Below are positions 28,265 to 39,891 of a DNA stretch of 64,000 nt, one piece after another. The DNA is from Campylobacteraceae bacterium (lineage in GTDB: Bacteria; Campylobacterota; Campylobacteria; Campylobacterales; Sulfurovaceae). A program made the translations under genes and the position numbers. Below the pieces are notes generated by a model. It was not told the DNA's origin. It searched no databases and saw only the letters and a program-made list of their open reading frames with translations. The DNA lies in assembly GCA_027065385.1 (NCBI GenBank), contig JAMOOP010000172.1, positions 1,714 to 65,713 on the forward strand, in the 5' to 3' direction. The first letter of the stretch is position 1. Every line of letters starts with the position of its first letter.

Positions 28265-29410
28265 CTATTTATAGATTAGATAGTTCTTTCTAATCTCTTT
28301 AAACTCATCTAAACCTTTTTTCCAACTTAGCTTAATCTCTTCAGGTTTCATTCCTGCTATTATCTGTTTTCTAAGTTTATCACTTCCTGATAACTTATCA
28401 AAAAATCTATTTTTTAAGAAAAATCTACTCTTTTTAGGGTAGTTCTTATAGGCATCAATAAGATAGCTTAAGTTTATTCCATTATATAAATTTATATAAG
28501 TAGAACGCAAATCAACCCCATAACAGACCTTTCCTTTAAATTTAGGATATTTTGCACCCTCCATTGGTTGAGGAGTAAAGCTAAAATCTTTTTTCTTATA
28601 TAGTGGATTACCATATATCTGAAACTGCATAGTAGTCCCTCTTCCAACTGAAAAAACAGTACCCTCAAATAGCGCTAATGATGGGTATAGATATATAGAT
28701 AACTCATTAGGTAGATTTGGTGAGGGTTTGACTGGTAGATAGTAGAAAGAGTGGTGTGTATAATTTTTTATAGGAACTACTTTTAAATCGGCTTTTAAAT
28801 TACCTTTTAACCAACCCTCTCCATTTATCATTAAAGCATACTCACCTATAGTCATACCGTAAAGTATTGGTACTGGGTGAAATCCTACAAATGATTTATA
28901 TTTAAAGTTTAAAATCTCACCATCAATTCTCTCTCCATTTGGATTTGGTCTATCTAATACAATAATAGGAATGTGTCTCTCTGCTGTTGCCTCCATAACA
29001 TAGTGAAGTGTAGAGAGATAGGTGTAGAACCTAACTCCTACATCTTGAACATCAAAAATAACTACATCTATATCTTCTAAATCTTTTTTAGTAGGTTTTT
29101 TATGTTTTCCATATAGTGATACTATAGGTAAACCTGTAGCACTATCTTTTCCATTTTTAACTCTCTCTCCTGCATCAGCACTACCTCTAAATCCATGCTC
29201 TGGAGCAAAAATCTTTACAATATTAATCTTTTTGCTAAGTAGATTATCTATTAAATGTTCACCATCAATTAGAGATGATTGATTTACTACAACAGCTACT
29301 CTTTGATTTTTTAAAAGTGGTATATACTCACTAAAATTCTTAGCACCTACCTCAATATCGGCTCTAATTATTCCTAAAAGAAGCAGAAAAAATATAATTA
29401 TTCGTCTCAT
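28265..29410 (-). CDS. Exo-beta-N-acetylmuramidase NamZ / DUF1343 family
   Basis: FAPEHGFRG, SLYG, FDVQDVGVRFYTY, VLDRPNP, GMTIGE, PSPNLP. Confidence 0.92.
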   Translation of the reverse strand: MRRIIIFFLLLLGIIRADIEVGAKNFSEYIPLLKNQRVAVVVNQSSLIDGEHLIDNLLSKKINIVKIFAPEHGFRGSADAGERVKNGKDSATGLPIVSLYGKHKKPTKKDLEDIDVVIFDVQDVGVRFYTYLSTLHYVMEATAERHIPIIVLDRPNPNGERIDGEILNFKYKSFVGFHPVPILYGMTIGEYALMINGEGWLKGNLKADLKVVPIKNYTHHSFYYLPVKPSPNLPNELSIYLYPSLALFEGTVFSVGRGTTMQFQIYGNPLYKKKDFSFTPQPMEGAKYPKFKGKVCYGVDLRSTYINLYNGINLSYLIDAYKNYPKKSRFFLKNRFFDKLSGSDKLRKQIIAGMKPEEIKLSWKKGLDEFKEIRKNYLIYK

Positions 29411-29414
29411 AACT

Positions 29415-30974
29415 CTACACCGTTTGGGTGCTATTGGTTTTTCTAACCTTTAACATCCCCTCCATACTTAAATAACTATTTAAAGCACTAATATATGCTC
29501 TAGCACTAGCTAACATTGTATCAATATTTAATCCATGTCCAATAATAGCTGGTTCATTATCGTTAAACTCAACCTTAACAGTTACATTAGCTAAGGCATC
29601 TTTTCCTTTACTTACAGAGGTTACTTTATAGTCCATAAGTCTCCCCTCATATCCTGAAATTCTATCAATAGTTTTAAATATTGCATCAACACTACCCTCA
29701 CCAATACTAGCATCAATTTTTATCTTGCCATCTTTTTTAATAGTAATAGTAGAACTAGCAACTCCCTCACTACAGTTCATTATCTGTAAAGATACCAACT
29801 CATAAACTTGTGTAGCTTTTGTCATCTCATTTGTTACAATAGCTCTTAAATCATCATCATAAATATCTTTTTTCTTATCTGCTAATATTTTAAATCTCTC
29901 AAATGAGCTATTTAAAGCACTATCTTCTAAATTAAAGCCTAGTTTTGCCAATTTATCTTTAAATGCAGCTCTTCCAGAGTGTTTACCCAATACTAAAGTA
30001 TCATCTATATCTAAACCAATATCAGCAGGAGTTATAATCTCATAAGTCTCTCTATTTTTTAACATTCCATCTTGATGAATTCCACTCTCATGAGCAAACG
30101 CGTTTTTACCTACTATTGCTTTATTTGGTTGAGGTTCAATTCCTGTTATATTTGCTATAAGACGGCTTGTTGGATATATCTCTTTAGTGTTGATATTGGT
30201 CTTAAAGTTAGAAAAAATGTCACCTCTTGTTTTTAATATCATAACAATCTCTTCTAAAGCTGCATTTCCTGCTCTCTCTCCTAATCCATTAATAGTACAC
30301 TCTACCTGTCTTGCACCATTTACTATAGCCTCTAAAGAGTTAGCCACACCTAATCCTAAATCGTTATGGTTATGGACTGATATTATGGCTCTATCTTTTG
30401 TATATTCACTCATAATTTTAATCATCTCTCCAATCTCACTTGGCATTCTAAATCCAACGGTATCGGGTAAATTAATAGTTGTAGCACCTGCCTCTATTAC
30501 AGCATCACTTATCTCTTTTAAGAACTCAATATCACTTCTTCCTGCATCTTCACAACTAAACTCAACATCATCAACAAACTCTCTAGCATAAAGAACTGAA
30601 TTTACAGCTCTCTTTATAACCTCATCAGGAATCATTTTAAGTTTATATTCAATATGAATTGGACTTGTAGCTATAAATGTGTGAATTCTTTTTCTTTTTG
30701 CTTTAGCTATTGCTAGACCAGCTGATTTTATATCGTTATCTATAGCTCTTGCTAATGAACATACAGTTGAGTTTTCTACTCTCTCGGCAATTTTAGATAT
30801 AGCATCAAAATCCCCTGGACTAGCTGCTGCAAATCCAGCTTCAATAATATCAACTCCTAATTTTTCTAACTGAATAGCAATTTGTATCTTCTCTTCTGTA
30901 TTCATAGAAGCACCAGGGCTTTGTTCCCCATCTCTTAGTGTCGTATCAAATATTTTAATTGTATCTTTAGTCAT
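29415..30974 (-). CDS. leuA: 2-isopropylmalate synthase
   Basis: [43 protein letters not shown]; C-terminal regulatory domain. Confidence 0.97.
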   Translation of the reverse strand: MTKDTIKIFDTTLRDGEQSPGASMNTEEKIQIAIQLEKLGVDIIEAGFAAASPGDFDAISKIAERVENSTVCSLARAIDNDIKSAGLAIAKAKRKRIHTFIATSPIHIEYKLKMIPDEVIKRAVNSVLYAREFVDDVEFSCEDAGRSDIEFLKEISDAVIEAGATTINLPDTVGFRMPSEIGEMIKIMSEYTKDRAIISVHNHNDLGLGVANSLEAIVNGARQVECTINGLGERAGNAALEEIVMILKTRGDIFSNFKTNINTKEIYPTSRLIANITGIEPQPNKAIVGKNAFAHESGIHQDGMLKNRETYEIITPADIGLDIDDTLVLGKHSGRAAFKDKLAKLGFNLEDSALNSSFERFKILADKKKDIYDDDLRAIVTNEMTKATQVYELVSLQIMNCSEGVASSTITIKKDGKIKIDASIGEGSVDAIFKTIDRISGYEGRLMDYKVTSVSKGKDALANVTVKVEFNDNEPAIIGHGLNIDTMLASARAYISALNSYLSMEGMLKVRKTNSTQTV

Positions 30975-31087
30975 TATTTTCCCTTATATATATATGAAAT
31001 TATCCATATAAACAAATTATCTAATTTTATCTAAAAGTAGATATATTAGAAACTAAATTATAGTAATTGTAGTGTGAAATTGTGGTA

Positions 31088-31159
31088 TTACAGTGATAGA
31101 AGTAGCAGAAGAGATTTTTCTTGTATTGGTCTATGTTTTATCATTATGATATTTTTCAC
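31088..31159 (-). CDS. Leucine-rich leader peptide upstream of leuA (MKNIIMIKHRPIQEKSLLLLLSL)
   Basis: AGGAG SD, GTG start, five consecutive CTN Leu codons plus one more just before the TAA. Ends 113 nt upstream of leuA. Confidence 0.8.
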   Translation of the reverse strand: MKNIIMIKHRPIQEKSLLLLLSL

Positions 31160-31185
31160 GGCTCTCTCCTATCTTGTTTTTTAGG

Positions 31186-31194
31186 AGTATAACA
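31186..31194 (-). promoter_or_regulatory. Extended -10 promoter for the leu leader / leuA
   Basis: TGTTATACT (TGnTATAcT) on the minus strand just upstream of the leader SD. Confidence 0.55.
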
Positions 31195-31203
31195 TAAAAG
31201 ATA

Positions 31204-31956
31204 TTAAGAGTTTATATTAAAAAGCCACCTATTAGCAATCTCTCTTAATCCTACAACATTATCAGAAGCAAAAATTTTTAATTTAGTTTCACTCTCTATC
31301 TCTTCTAAAGAGTTATGTTCTTTTAAATACTCAACTATAGCTTCACCTGAATGGATAAGCATTGGCTTTTTATTAAAATAGTCTTCTAAAGCACTGCTAA
31401 TAAGTGGAAAGTGGGTACAACCTAAAATAATAGCTTTAGGGGTTGAGATATTATTAAAGTAGTGTCTCATTGTAGCATTTAAAATCTCTCCACTAAAAAT
31501 ACCCTCTTCAACTAAAGGAACAAATAGTCCTGTTTGAATTGCTGTTATATTGGTATATCCTAGTTTAGATAGAGCATCTTGATAACGAGAAGAGCTAATA
31601 GTTGCACGAGTTGCAATAATTAAAATTGGCTCATCTTTTTTAATATAATGATTTTCAACAGCCATTACACCAGATTTTATAACACCAAGTACTGGATAAC
31701 TACTTTGAATATTCATCTCATCTAAAGCGTAAGCACTTACTGTATTACATGCTGTAATAAGCAGGTCTATATCAAAGTTATTAAAAAACTCTAAAGCCTC
31801 TAGTGAGTAGCGAATAATAGTATTTTTATCTTTAGTTCCATAAGGAACTCGTGCTGTATCTCCATAATAGATTATCTCTTTAAATAGTTTAGACTCTATT
31901 AGAGATTTTACAACACTAAGTCCTCCTGCACCTGAATCAAATACACCAATTCTCAT
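31204..31956 (-). CDS. murI: Glutamate racemase
   Basis: IGVFDSG.GGLSV, DTARVPYG, ACNT, LGCTHFP. Confidence 0.97.
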   Translation of the reverse strand: MRIGVFDSGAGGLSVVKSLIESKLFKEIIYYGDTARVPYGTKDKNTIIRYSLEALEFFNNFDIDLLITACNTVSAYALDEMNIQSSYPVLGVIKSGVMAVENHYIKKDEPILIIATRATISSSRYQDALSKLGYTNITAIQTGLFVPLVEEGIFSGEILNATMRHYFNNISTPKAIILGCTHFPLISSALEDYFNKKPMLIHSGEAIVEYLKEHNSLEEIESETKLKIFASDNVVGLREIANRWLFNINS

Positions 31957-33290
31957 TAGCCATCATTCATAATTGCTAAGAACTCTTCATTACTTTTAGT
32001 CTTAGTCATTTTAGAGAATAAGAACTTAAGCCCTTCTACATCTTCCATATTCTGCATAGCATTTCTAATTGCCCATACTTTTTGAAGAGTTTGAGGGTCT
32101 GTCATAAGTTCCTCTTTTCTTGTTCCTGATTTTGTTACATCTATTGCTGGGTATATTCTTCTATCTGCTACATATCTATTTAGTACAACTTCAGAGTTAC
32201 CAGTTCCTTTAAACTCTTCAAATATAACTTCGTCCATTCTACTACCAGTCTCAATTAGAGCAGTAGCTACAATAGTTAAACTTCCACCCTCTTCAATATT
32301 TCTAGCAGCTCCAAAAAATCTTTTTGGTTTATGTAGAGCATTTGCATCAACCCCACCAGATAAAACTTTTCCTGAACTTGGAGTTACTGTATTATATGCA
32401 CGAGCAAGTCTAGTTATAGAGTCAAGTAAGATTACCACATCTTTACCACTCTCTACTCTTCTTTTTGCCTTTTCAATAACCATTTCAGCAGTTCTTACAT
32501 GATTTTGAGCAGGTAGGTCAAAAGTAGAACTATAAACCTCACCTTTAACAGAGCGTTGCATATCTGTTACCTCTTCAGGTCTTTCATCAATTAATAGAAC
32601 CATTAAAGATACATCAGGAGAGTTATATGATATACCGTGAGCTAACTCTTTTAAAAGTTCAGTCTTACCAGTTCTAGGAGGAGCTACTATTAAAGCTCTT
32701 TGACCTTTTCCAATAGGCGTAAATAGGTCTAAGACTCTACCTGTTAATTTTAAAGGATTGTACTCTAATTTTAATCTCTCTGTGGCATATAGTGGAGTTA
32801 GATTATCAAATAGAGGTCTTTTTTTAGACTCTTCGGGAGGAAGATAGTTTATTGCCTCTATCTTAAGTAAGGCATAATACTTCTCTTGGTCTTTTGGTTG
32901 TCTAACTTGTCCAGTTACCACATCACCATTTCTTAAGGCAAATCTCTTAATTTGAGTACTACTTACATAAGTATCATTACTAGAGTTAGCAAAGTTACCA
33001 TCTTCACTTCTTAAAAAACCGTAACCATCATTCATAACCTCTAATATTCCAGTAAAAAGAATAAACCCACCCTGTTTAACTTGAGACTTTAAAATTTCAA
33101 AGATTAAATCTTTTCTTTTAAACTCATTTGGGTTTTCTACCCTTACCTTTAGAGCAATACCTACTAGCTCTTCTAGTGTTTTAGATTGTAAATCCTCAAC
33201 CTTATATCCTTCAACAGGAATATGTGTTCTATTGTTATTGCTGTTACTTTTCTTTTTATTATAGTGTCGTTTTTGTTGTTGTTCGCTCAT
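31956..33290 (-). CDS. rho: Transcription termination factor Rho
   Basis: [55 protein letters not shown]. Confidence 0.98.
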   Translation of the reverse strand: MSEQQQKRHYNKKKSNSNNNRTHIPVEGYKVEDLQSKTLEELVGIALKVRVENPNEFKRKDLIFEILKSQVKQGGFILFTGILEVMNDGYGFLRSEDGNFANSSNDTYVSSTQIKRFALRNGDVVTGQVRQPKDQEKYYALLKIEAINYLPPEESKKRPLFDNLTPLYATERLKLEYNPLKLTGRVLDLFTPIGKGQRALIVAPPRTGKTELLKELAHGISYNSPDVSLMVLLIDERPEEVTDMQRSVKGEVYSSTFDLPAQNHVRTAEMVIEKAKRRVESGKDVVILLDSITRLARAYNTVTPSSGKVLSGGVDANALHKPKRFFGAARNIEEGGSLTIVATALIETGSRMDEVIFEEFKGTGNSEVVLNRYVADRRIYPAIDVTKSGTRKEELMTDPQTLQKVWAIRNAMQNMEDVEGLKFLFSKMTKTKSNEEFLAIMNDG

Positions 33291-33423
33291 AAGTCCTCTT
33301 GAAAGCTATATGGAGTTTCTTTGTAGATTTTATTTTGTAGTTTTACCATTATAATCAATTTTAGGTTAAATTTTCATTTATCAATCAAAATTCTACTATA
33401 ATTACATTTAAAAAAGATTAATT

Positions 33424-34254
33424 ATGCAACAATTATTTATAACTGACCTAGACCACACATTTCTACATAGTAGCCAAAAGGTTACTCCATATAGTAAAAA
33501 GGTTTGGAATAAAAAAGCAAAAGAGACACCACTTTCAATAGCTACTGCTAGAAGCTTTAATAAAACAGAAGAGTTTTTTAAGGGAATGAGACTCAACACT
33601 CCTCTAATTTTATTAGATGGTGCAATGGTAGTAACTCCTGAAAAAAAACTAATAGAGATAAAGACTTTAAAAAAAGATATAGTAAATTTAATTATTAATG
33701 AGGGTAGAAAATTCCAAATAGAACCATTTATAATAGCACTAAAAGACCATAGAACTTTAGAAGAGTCATTTTTACTCCCTCCTATTATAAATATGAATAG
33801 TTATCAAGATACTCTTATAAAAAAGAGCTATTCAAAAGATAAAAGAGTTAAATTTTGTAAAAAGATAGAAGGAGTTAATGATACGCTAAAAGTTGTATAT
33901 ATGGGAGAAGAGAGCATATTAAGACCTCTATCAATCCAAATAAAAGAGTTACTTAAAAATGAAATTGAGGTAAAGTTAGCACCTGAAAAGTATATGGGGT
34001 GCTACTTTTTGACTCTCTTACACCCATTAGCAGATAAAGCACACGCTTTAAAAAAGGTAAATGAGTATTTAGATATTTCACTAAAAAATACAACTGTATT
34101 TGGAGATAGTTTGAATGATATAGAGATGTTTAAAATAGCAGGAACTTCTATAGCTGTTAGTAATGCTTTAGATGAGGTTAAAAAAGAGGCTTCTATTATT
34201 TTACCTCATAGTAATGATGAAGATGGGGTTGCTAGGTATTTAGACAAGGTTTAA
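33424..34254 (+). CDS. Cof-type HAD-IIB hydrolase
   Basis: DLDHT motif I, ATAR, K..AL, FGDSLNDIEMF, SNDEDGVA. Confidence 0.9.
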   Translation: MQQLFITDLDHTFLHSSQKVTPYSKKVWNKKAKETPLSIATARSFNKTEEFFKGMRLNTPLILLDGAMVVTPEKKLIEIKTLKKDIVNLIINEGRKFQIEPFIIALKDHRTLEESFLLPPIINMNSYQDTLIKKSYSKDKRVKFCKKIEGVNDTLKVVYMGEESILRPLSIQIKELLKNEIEVKLAPEKYMGCYFLTLLHPLADKAHALKKVNEYLDISLKNTTVFGDSLNDIEMFKIAGTSIAVSNALDEVKKEASIILPHSNDEDGVARYLDKV

Positions 34255-34326
34255 TTTTAAGCAATCTGAACATAACCAATTTTTAGATAAAATCCCAATC
34301 AATAATAATAATTAGGAATTAACTAA

Positions 34327-35544
34327 ATGAGTTTAGATATAAAAACTTTAGTCCAAAAGTATAATACACCTCTATATGTGTATGATTTTAATAATATTGC
34401 TAGTAGATATAAAGAGCTTAAAGAGTCTTTTGAGGGAAAGAAATCTTTAGTAGCTTATGCTGTTAAGTCTAACTCCAACTTAGCAGTTATTAAACACTTA
34501 GCAAAACTTGGTGCTGGTGCTGATTGTGTAAGTATTGGTGAGGTAAAAAGAGCTTTAAAAGCAGGTGTCAAAAAATATAAGATTATATTCTCTGGTGTTG
34601 GTAAATTAGATAGTGAGATAAGAGAGGCTTTAGAAAAGGATATTTTACTTCTTAATTTAGAGAGTGAAGCTGAAATGAAACGGGTTGAAATGATAGCTAA
34701 AGAGTTGCAAGTTGAGGCTAGAATTTCTATTAGAGTAAACCCTAATGTTGACCCAAAAACTCACCCTTATATCTCAACAGGACTTCATGAAAATAAGTTT
34801 GGGGTTAGTATAGATAGTGCTAAAAGAATGTATATTTATGCTAAAAAATCTAAATATTTAAATCCTATAGGGATACATTTTCATATCGGTTCTCAACTTA
34901 CAGAACTTTCACCTATTAGAGAGGCTTGTGAAATAGTTGCTGATTTAGTTCGCTCTTTAAAAGCTATTGATATTGATATTAAGTTCTTTGATATTGGTGG
35001 AGGATTAGGTGTTGTTTATAATGAAGAAGAAACTATTGACCCTAAAGAGTATGCTTTAAATATATTGCAATCTATTAAAGGGTTAGATTTAACTATTGTT
35101 ATGGAACCTGGTAGATATATAATGGCAAATGCTGGTATATTTTTAACTAGAGTTCTTTATGAAAAGAGAAATGGCAATAAGAGATTTGTAATAGTTGATG
35201 GTGCTATGAATGATTTACTTCGCCCTAGTCTATATAATGCTTATCATAAAATAGAAGCAGTCCAAAAAGATGGAGAGAAAAGTAGTGCTGATGTGGTAGG
35301 GCCTGTTTGTGAGAGTGGGGATTTTTTAGGCAAAAGCGTACCTCTTCCTCCATTAGAGCATAATGATATTTTAGTGGTTCATAGTGCAGGGGCTTATGGA
35401 TTTACAATGTCTAGTAATTATAATACTAGGGGAAGAGTTGCAGAGGTTGCCATATTAGATGGAAAAGATTATCTAATACGAGAGCGAGAAAGTTTTGAAG
35501 ACCAAATAAGATTAGAAGAGGCTTGTGATACAAGTTGGCAGTAG
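34327..35544 (+). CDS. lysA: Diaminopimelate decarboxylase
   Basis: YAVKSNSN, HFHIGSQ, EPGR, GPVCESGD, GAYGFTMSSNYN. Confidence 0.97.
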   Translation: MSLDIKTLVQKYNTPLYVYDFNNIASRYKELKESFEGKKSLVAYAVKSNSNLAVIKHLAKLGAGADCVSIGEVKRALKAGVKKYKIIFSGVGKLDSEIREALEKDILLLNLESEAEMKRVEMIAKELQVEARISIRVNPNVDPKTHPYISTGLHENKFGVSIDSAKRMYIYAKKSKYLNPIGIHFHIGSQLTELSPIREACEIVADLVRSLKAIDIDIKFFDIGGGLGVVYNEEETIDPKEYALNILQSIKGLDLTIVMEPGRYIMANAGIFLTRVLYEKRNGNKRFVIVDGAMNDLLRPSLYNAYHKIEAVQKDGEKSSADVVGPVCESGDFLGKSVPLPPLEHNDILVVHSAGAYGFTMSSNYNTRGRVAEVAILDGKDYLIRERESFEDQIRLEEACDTSWQ

Positions 35545-35566
35545 AGGCAATCCTTTAAGGTTGCCC
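35541..35566 (+). repeat. GTAG-type REP-like palindrome overlapping the lysA stop codon
   Basis: GTAG-A-GGCAATC-CTTTAA-GGTTGCC-C, a GC-rich imperfect hairpin preceded by GTAG. Single copy in this window. Confidence 0.4.
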
Positions 35567-35601
35567 ACTATTAGGGTAAGGGAAATATAAAAGGAAAAAT
35601 T

Positions 35602-36660
35602 ATGACACTTGATGAGTTACGAGTTGAAATTGATAAGATAGATAATAAGTTATTGGAACTCTATAATAAGAGAATGGAGTTTGTTCATAAGGTAGGGGAG
35701 TTAAAAAATACAACGGGAGCGCCTATCTATCGACCAGAGAGAGAGCAGTCAATTTTGACTCGGCTCAAAGAGAAAAATAGTGGAAAGCTAACAGATAAAG
35801 CAATAGACGCACTATTTTTAGAGCTATTTGCAGTAGCTAGAAATATTGAACTACCTGAACGAATAGCATATTTAGGGCCAGAAGCCTCATTTACACACCA
35901 AGCAGCAGAGAGTAAATTTGGAGCTATGAGTGCATATTTACCTATTAAATCTATTAAAGGTGTCTTTAGAGAGGTAAATAAAGGAACTGCTAAATTTGGT
36001 GTAATCCCTATTGAAAATAGCTCTAATGGTTTTGTAACCGATACTATTAATGGACTTAGTAGTTATGATTTAAAGATTATTGCAGAAGTTTTTGTTGATA
36101 TTCACCACACTTTAGCTACAACTTGTAATGATATAAAAGATATTAAAAGAATATACTCAAAAGATATAGCCTTTGGACAGTGCCAAAACTTTTTACAAGA
36201 TTGTGGACTTGATGAGGTAGAACAAATTCCAGTTGAGTCAACAGCCAAAGCTGCAAAATTAGCTAAAGAAGATAAAAAAAGTGCTGCAATCTGTGCTGAT
36301 GTTGCTGCTAAAATGTACTCTTTACCAATTCTTTTTGAAAATATTGAAGATTATGATAATAATAGAACGAGATTTTTTATTATTAGCAATTTTGATAACT
36401 TACCATCAGAGTCAGATAAGACATCTATTATAGTAAAATTACCAAATATAGCAGGTGCATTGGTTGAGTTTTTAAAAGATTTTGAGAAAGCAAAAATTAA
36501 TCTCACTAAGATAAAATCTCACATAGTTAAAGGCGAGTCTCTATTTTTTATTGAATTTAATGGACATAAAGATAATAAAGATATAAAAGAGATTATAGAA
36601 AAACATAAAGATAGTATAAAAGTACTAGGCTCTTATGTTAAAGAGAGCGATGATATTTAA
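35602..36660 (+). CDS. pheA: Chorismate mutase / prephenate dehydratase
   Basis: LDELRVEIDKID CM domain, AYLGPEASFTHQAA, PIENS, NRTRF. Confidence 0.96.
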   Translation: MTLDELRVEIDKIDNKLLELYNKRMEFVHKVGELKNTTGAPIYRPEREQSILTRLKEKNSGKLTDKAIDALFLELFAVARNIELPERIAYLGPEASFTHQAAESKFGAMSAYLPIKSIKGVFREVNKGTAKFGVIPIENSSNGFVTDTINGLSSYDLKIIAEVFVDIHHTLATTCNDIKDIKRIYSKDIAFGQCQNFLQDCGLDEVEQIPVESTAKAAKLAKEDKKSAAICADVAAKMYSLPILFENIEDYDNNRTRFFIISNFDNLPSESDKTSIIVKLPNIAGALVEFLKDFEKAKINLTKIKSHIVKGESLFFIEFNGHKDNKDIKEIIEKHKDSIKVLGSYVKESDDI

Positions 36661-36672
36661 TAAGGAGAGTTA

Positions 36673-37767
36673 GTGAAGTTTAATAGTAGTCTAAAAGATA
36701 TAAAAATTTACGAGGCAGGAAAGCCTATTGAGTTGGTTGTTAGAGAGTTTGGAATTGACCCAAAAGCTGTAGTAAAACTAGCCTCTAATGAGAACCCAAA
36801 AGGGTGTAGCCCAAAAGTGGCTAAAGCTATTTCCCAAAATGCACATAAAGCCTATTTATACCCAGATGATAGCTTTTATGAGTTAAAAGATGCTCTATCT
36901 AAAAGATTTAGTGTGGAAAGTAGTAATATAATTATTGGAGCAGGAAGTGACCAAGTTTTAGAATTTATATCACGAGCTTTACTTAGTTCTAATGATACTG
37001 TTTTAATGAGCAAAGTCACTTTTGCAATGTATGAGATATATGCTAAACAGATGGAAGCAAAGATTATAAGAACCTCATCTTATCAACATAGAGTTAATGA
37101 GTTTATAGAAGCTTATAATAAACATAACCCAAAAATTATCTACTTATGTACTCCAAATAATCCAACAGGAGATGGAATTACAAAAGAGGATGTATTTAAG
37201 ATTATAGATGCAGTGGGAAGTGATACTTTAGTGGTTATTGATGGTGCTTATATGGAGTATGCTAGTGCAAAAGATAAAGCTTATGAGATTACACCTAATG
37301 ATATTTTAGATAGAGAAAATATTATATATCTTGGAACTTTCTCTAAAGCTTACGGTTTAGGTGGAATGAGAATAGGTTATGGTATTGCTAACTCTAAACT
37401 TATAAAAGAGTTATATAAGATAAGACCACCATTTAATATTACAACTCTATCTCTGATTGGAGCAATAGAGGCTTGTAAAGATAAGGAGTTTGTAAGAGAA
37501 TCTATAGAGTTACACCAAAGAGAGATTAAAAGGTATGAAGAGTTTGCTAAAGAGATGGGATTTAGTTATATAGATAGCTATACTAACTTTATAACATATC
37601 TGTTTCCTTATAACCTAAACTCAACTACTATTTCAGATGCTCTTTTTAAAGAGGGAGTTATTATTAGAAATTTAGCCTCTTATGGAATGAATGCTATTAG
37701 AGTAACAGTTGGAACAGGTGAGCAAAATAGTAGATTTTTTGAAGTTTTTAGAAAGGTGGCTAATTGA
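36673..37767 (+). CDS. hisC: Histidinol-phosphate aminotransferase
   Basis: [43 protein letters not shown]. Confidence 0.93.
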   Translation: MKFNSSLKDIKIYEAGKPIELVVREFGIDPKAVVKLASNENPKGCSPKVAKAISQNAHKAYLYPDDSFYELKDALSKRFSVESSNIIIGAGSDQVLEFISRALLSSNDTVLMSKVTFAMYEIYAKQMEAKIIRTSSYQHRVNEFIEAYNKHNPKIIYLCTPNNPTGDGITKEDVFKIIDAVGSDTLVVIDGAYMEYASAKDKAYEITPNDILDRENIIYLGTFSKAYGLGGMRIGYGIANSKLIKELYKIRPPFNITTLSLIGAIEACKDKEFVRESIELHQREIKRYEEFAKEMGFSYIDSYTNFITYLFPYNLNSTTISDALFKEGVIIRNLASYGMNAIRVTVGTGEQNSRFFEVFRKVAN

Positions 37768-39587
37768 ATAAGTTTGGAGATTTAAAAACAAAAAGTGTAA
37801 AAGAGTTAGAAGAGATAGCAGAGCAGATAAGAGAGAGAATTCTTGAAGTTGTTAGTAAAAATGGTGGACATCTAAGCTCAACTTTGGGAGCGACTGATAT
37901 TATTGTAGCAATGCACAAAGTATTTGATGCAGAAAAAGACCCATTTATATTTGATGTATCTCATCAATCTTATGCACATAAACTACTAACTAATAGATGG
38001 GAAGAGTTTGATACACTTCGTCAATTTAATGGACTTAGTGGATATACTAAACCAAATGAGTCTAAAAGTGACTATTTTATGGCAGGACATAGCTCTACTT
38101 CTATCTCTCTAGCAGTCGGTGCATGTAAAGCTATTAGATTAAAAGGTGAAGAGGGCGGTAGAATACCTATTGCACTTATTGGTGATGGTAGTATGAGTTC
38201 TGGTATGGTTTATGAGGCTATGAATGAGTTGGGAGATAGAAAATATCCTGCCATTATTATTTTAAATGATAATGAGATGAGTATAGCATCTCCTATTGGG
38301 GCTTTAAGTAGAATGTTATCTCAAACTATGGCTTCACCTTTCTATCAAAAATTTAAAAATATTACAAAAGATGTTTTAGAAAATCTTCCTAAAAGTGCTA
38401 CCTATATGGCAAAAAGATTTGAAGAGTCTTTTCAACTTATTACCCCTGGTATTCTATTTGAGGAGTTAGGATTAGAGTATATTGGACCAATTAATGGACA
38501 TAATATCTCATCTTTAGTTGACACTCTAAAACTTGCTAAAAATATGAGTCGTCCTGTTATTATTCATGTTCAAACCACCAAAGGAAAAGGTTATGAGATA
38601 GCAGAAGGTGCAGGTTCGAGTAAGGAGCATTGGCATGGAGTTAGTGCTTTTGATATTAATACAGGAAGTAGCAATAAAAAATCAGCTCCAAAGGCATCAA
38701 CTGCTATTTTTTCAGAAACATTAGTTGATTTAGCAGATAAAGATGAAAAGGTAGTAGGAGTTACAGCTGCAATGCCAAGTGGAACAGGTATGAGTGCTGT
38801 TATAGAGAAATATCCTGAAAGATTTTGGGATGTAGCAATAGCAGAACAACACGCAGTAACCTCTATGGGTGCTTTAGCAAAAGAGGGGTTTAAACCATTT
38901 TGTGCAATATACTCTACATTCTTACAAAGAGGGTATGACCAAGTTATCCATGATGTATGTTTAATGAATTTAGGTGTAGCTTTTGCCATAGATAGAGCAG
39001 GAATTGTTGGAGAAGATGGAGAGACACATCAAGGTGTATTTGATATTTCCTTTCTTCGAGCCATTCCAAACATGACAATATTTGCACCATCATCAAATAA
39101 AAGTATGGTTGAAGCTATGAAATTTGCAAAAGATTTCCCAACTCCTTGTGCATTTAGATACCCAAGAGGTGCATTTAGCTTTAATGAAGAAGATACTACT
39201 CCTTTTGAATTAGGAAAATCAAACACTATTCAAGAGGGAGATGATATTTTATTTATAGGTTATGGAAATGGAGTAGGAAGAGCTATAGAGACAGCTAAAC
39301 TTATAGATTATACTCCTACTATATTAGATTTAAGATTTGTAAAACCACTAGATAGAGAGAGACTTATAGAGTTATCTAAAAGTCATAAAAGATGGTTTGT
39401 ATTTAGCGATAGTGCAAAAATAAGTGGTGTTGGAAGTGCTATTTTAGAGTTACTTTGTAAAGAGAATATTAGAGATATAGATTTAACCTCTTTTGAGTAT
39501 AAAGATGAGTTTATTACTCATGGAAATACTGCATTAGTAGAGAAAAGTTTGGGAATTTTACCTGAACAGTTGGCTTTGAAGATATAA
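37764..39587 (+). CDS. dxs: 1-deoxy-D-xylulose-5-phosphate synthase
   Basis: [23 protein letters not shown]...[29 protein letters not shown]; TTG start. Confidence 0.97.
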   Translation: MNKFGDLKTKSVKELEEIAEQIRERILEVVSKNGGHLSSTLGATDIIVAMHKVFDAEKDPFIFDVSHQSYAHKLLTNRWEEFDTLRQFNGLSGYTKPNESKSDYFMAGHSSTSISLAVGACKAIRLKGEEGGRIPIALIGDGSMSSGMVYEAMNELGDRKYPAIIILNDNEMSIASPIGALSRMLSQTMASPFYQKFKNITKDVLENLPKSATYMAKRFEESFQLITPGILFEELGLEYIGPINGHNISSLVDTLKLAKNMSRPVIIHVQTTKGKGYEIAEGAGSSKEHWHGVSAFDINTGSSNKKSAPKASTAIFSETLVDLADKDEKVVGVTAAMPSGTGMSAVIEKYPERFWDVAIAEQHAVTSMGALAKEGFKPFCAIYSTFLQRGYDQVIHDVCLMNLGVAFAIDRAGIVGEDGETHQGVFDISFLRAIPNMTIFAPSSNKSMVEAMKFAKDFPTPCAFRYPRGAFSFNEEDTTPFELGKSNTIQEGDDILFIGYGNGVGRAIETAKLIDYTPTILDLRFVKPLDRERLIELSKSHKRWFVFSDSAKISGVGSAILELLCKENIRDIDLTSFEYKDEFITHGNTALVEKSLGILPEQLALKI

Positions 39588-39600
39588 TTTAAGTAATATA

Positions 39601-39635
39601 TATGTATGATAATAGTATGATAATTATCATACATA
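39601..39635 (+). promoter_or_regulatory. Operator palindrome of the antitoxin-MazF module
   Basis: TATGTATGATAAT-N9-ATTATCATACATA perfect 13-bp inverted repeat, with a nested GTATGATAATTATCATAC palindrome, directly before the SD. Confidence 0.7.
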
Positions 39636-39645
39636 AGGAGTTAAA

Positions 39646-39891
39646 ATGTTAAGAAAAACAATAACTATTCAACCCGATATATTTCAAGCTTTAGAGGTTA
39701 ATAAAATTACAAATCAATATCAATCTTTTTCAGAAATGGTCTCTTCTGCTTTAAAGCTTCTTATAGAAAAACAGAAAAAAGAGGCATATAAAAAAGCTTT
39801 ATTGGAGGCTTCAAAAGATAAACTCTATTTAGAAGATATGAAAAAGATTGATAAAGCATTCTATTATGCAGATAATGAGAAAAGTTTATGA
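39646..39891 (+). CDS. Putative ribbon-helix-helix antitoxin
   Basis: RKTITI beta-strand then helix S.SEMV..AL, acidic tail, ATGA overlap with the toxin gene. Confidence 0.75.
   Translation: MLRKTITIQPDIFQALEVNKITNQYQSFSEMVSSALKLLIEKQKKEAYKKALLEASKDKLYLEDMKKIDKAFYYADNEKSL

Noticed and set aside
30975-31087. Classical intrinsic terminator/antiterminator of the leu leader
   Set aside because: Only weak AT-rich pairings are present, with no GC stem followed by a U-tract, so a classical leuL-type terminator is not supported.
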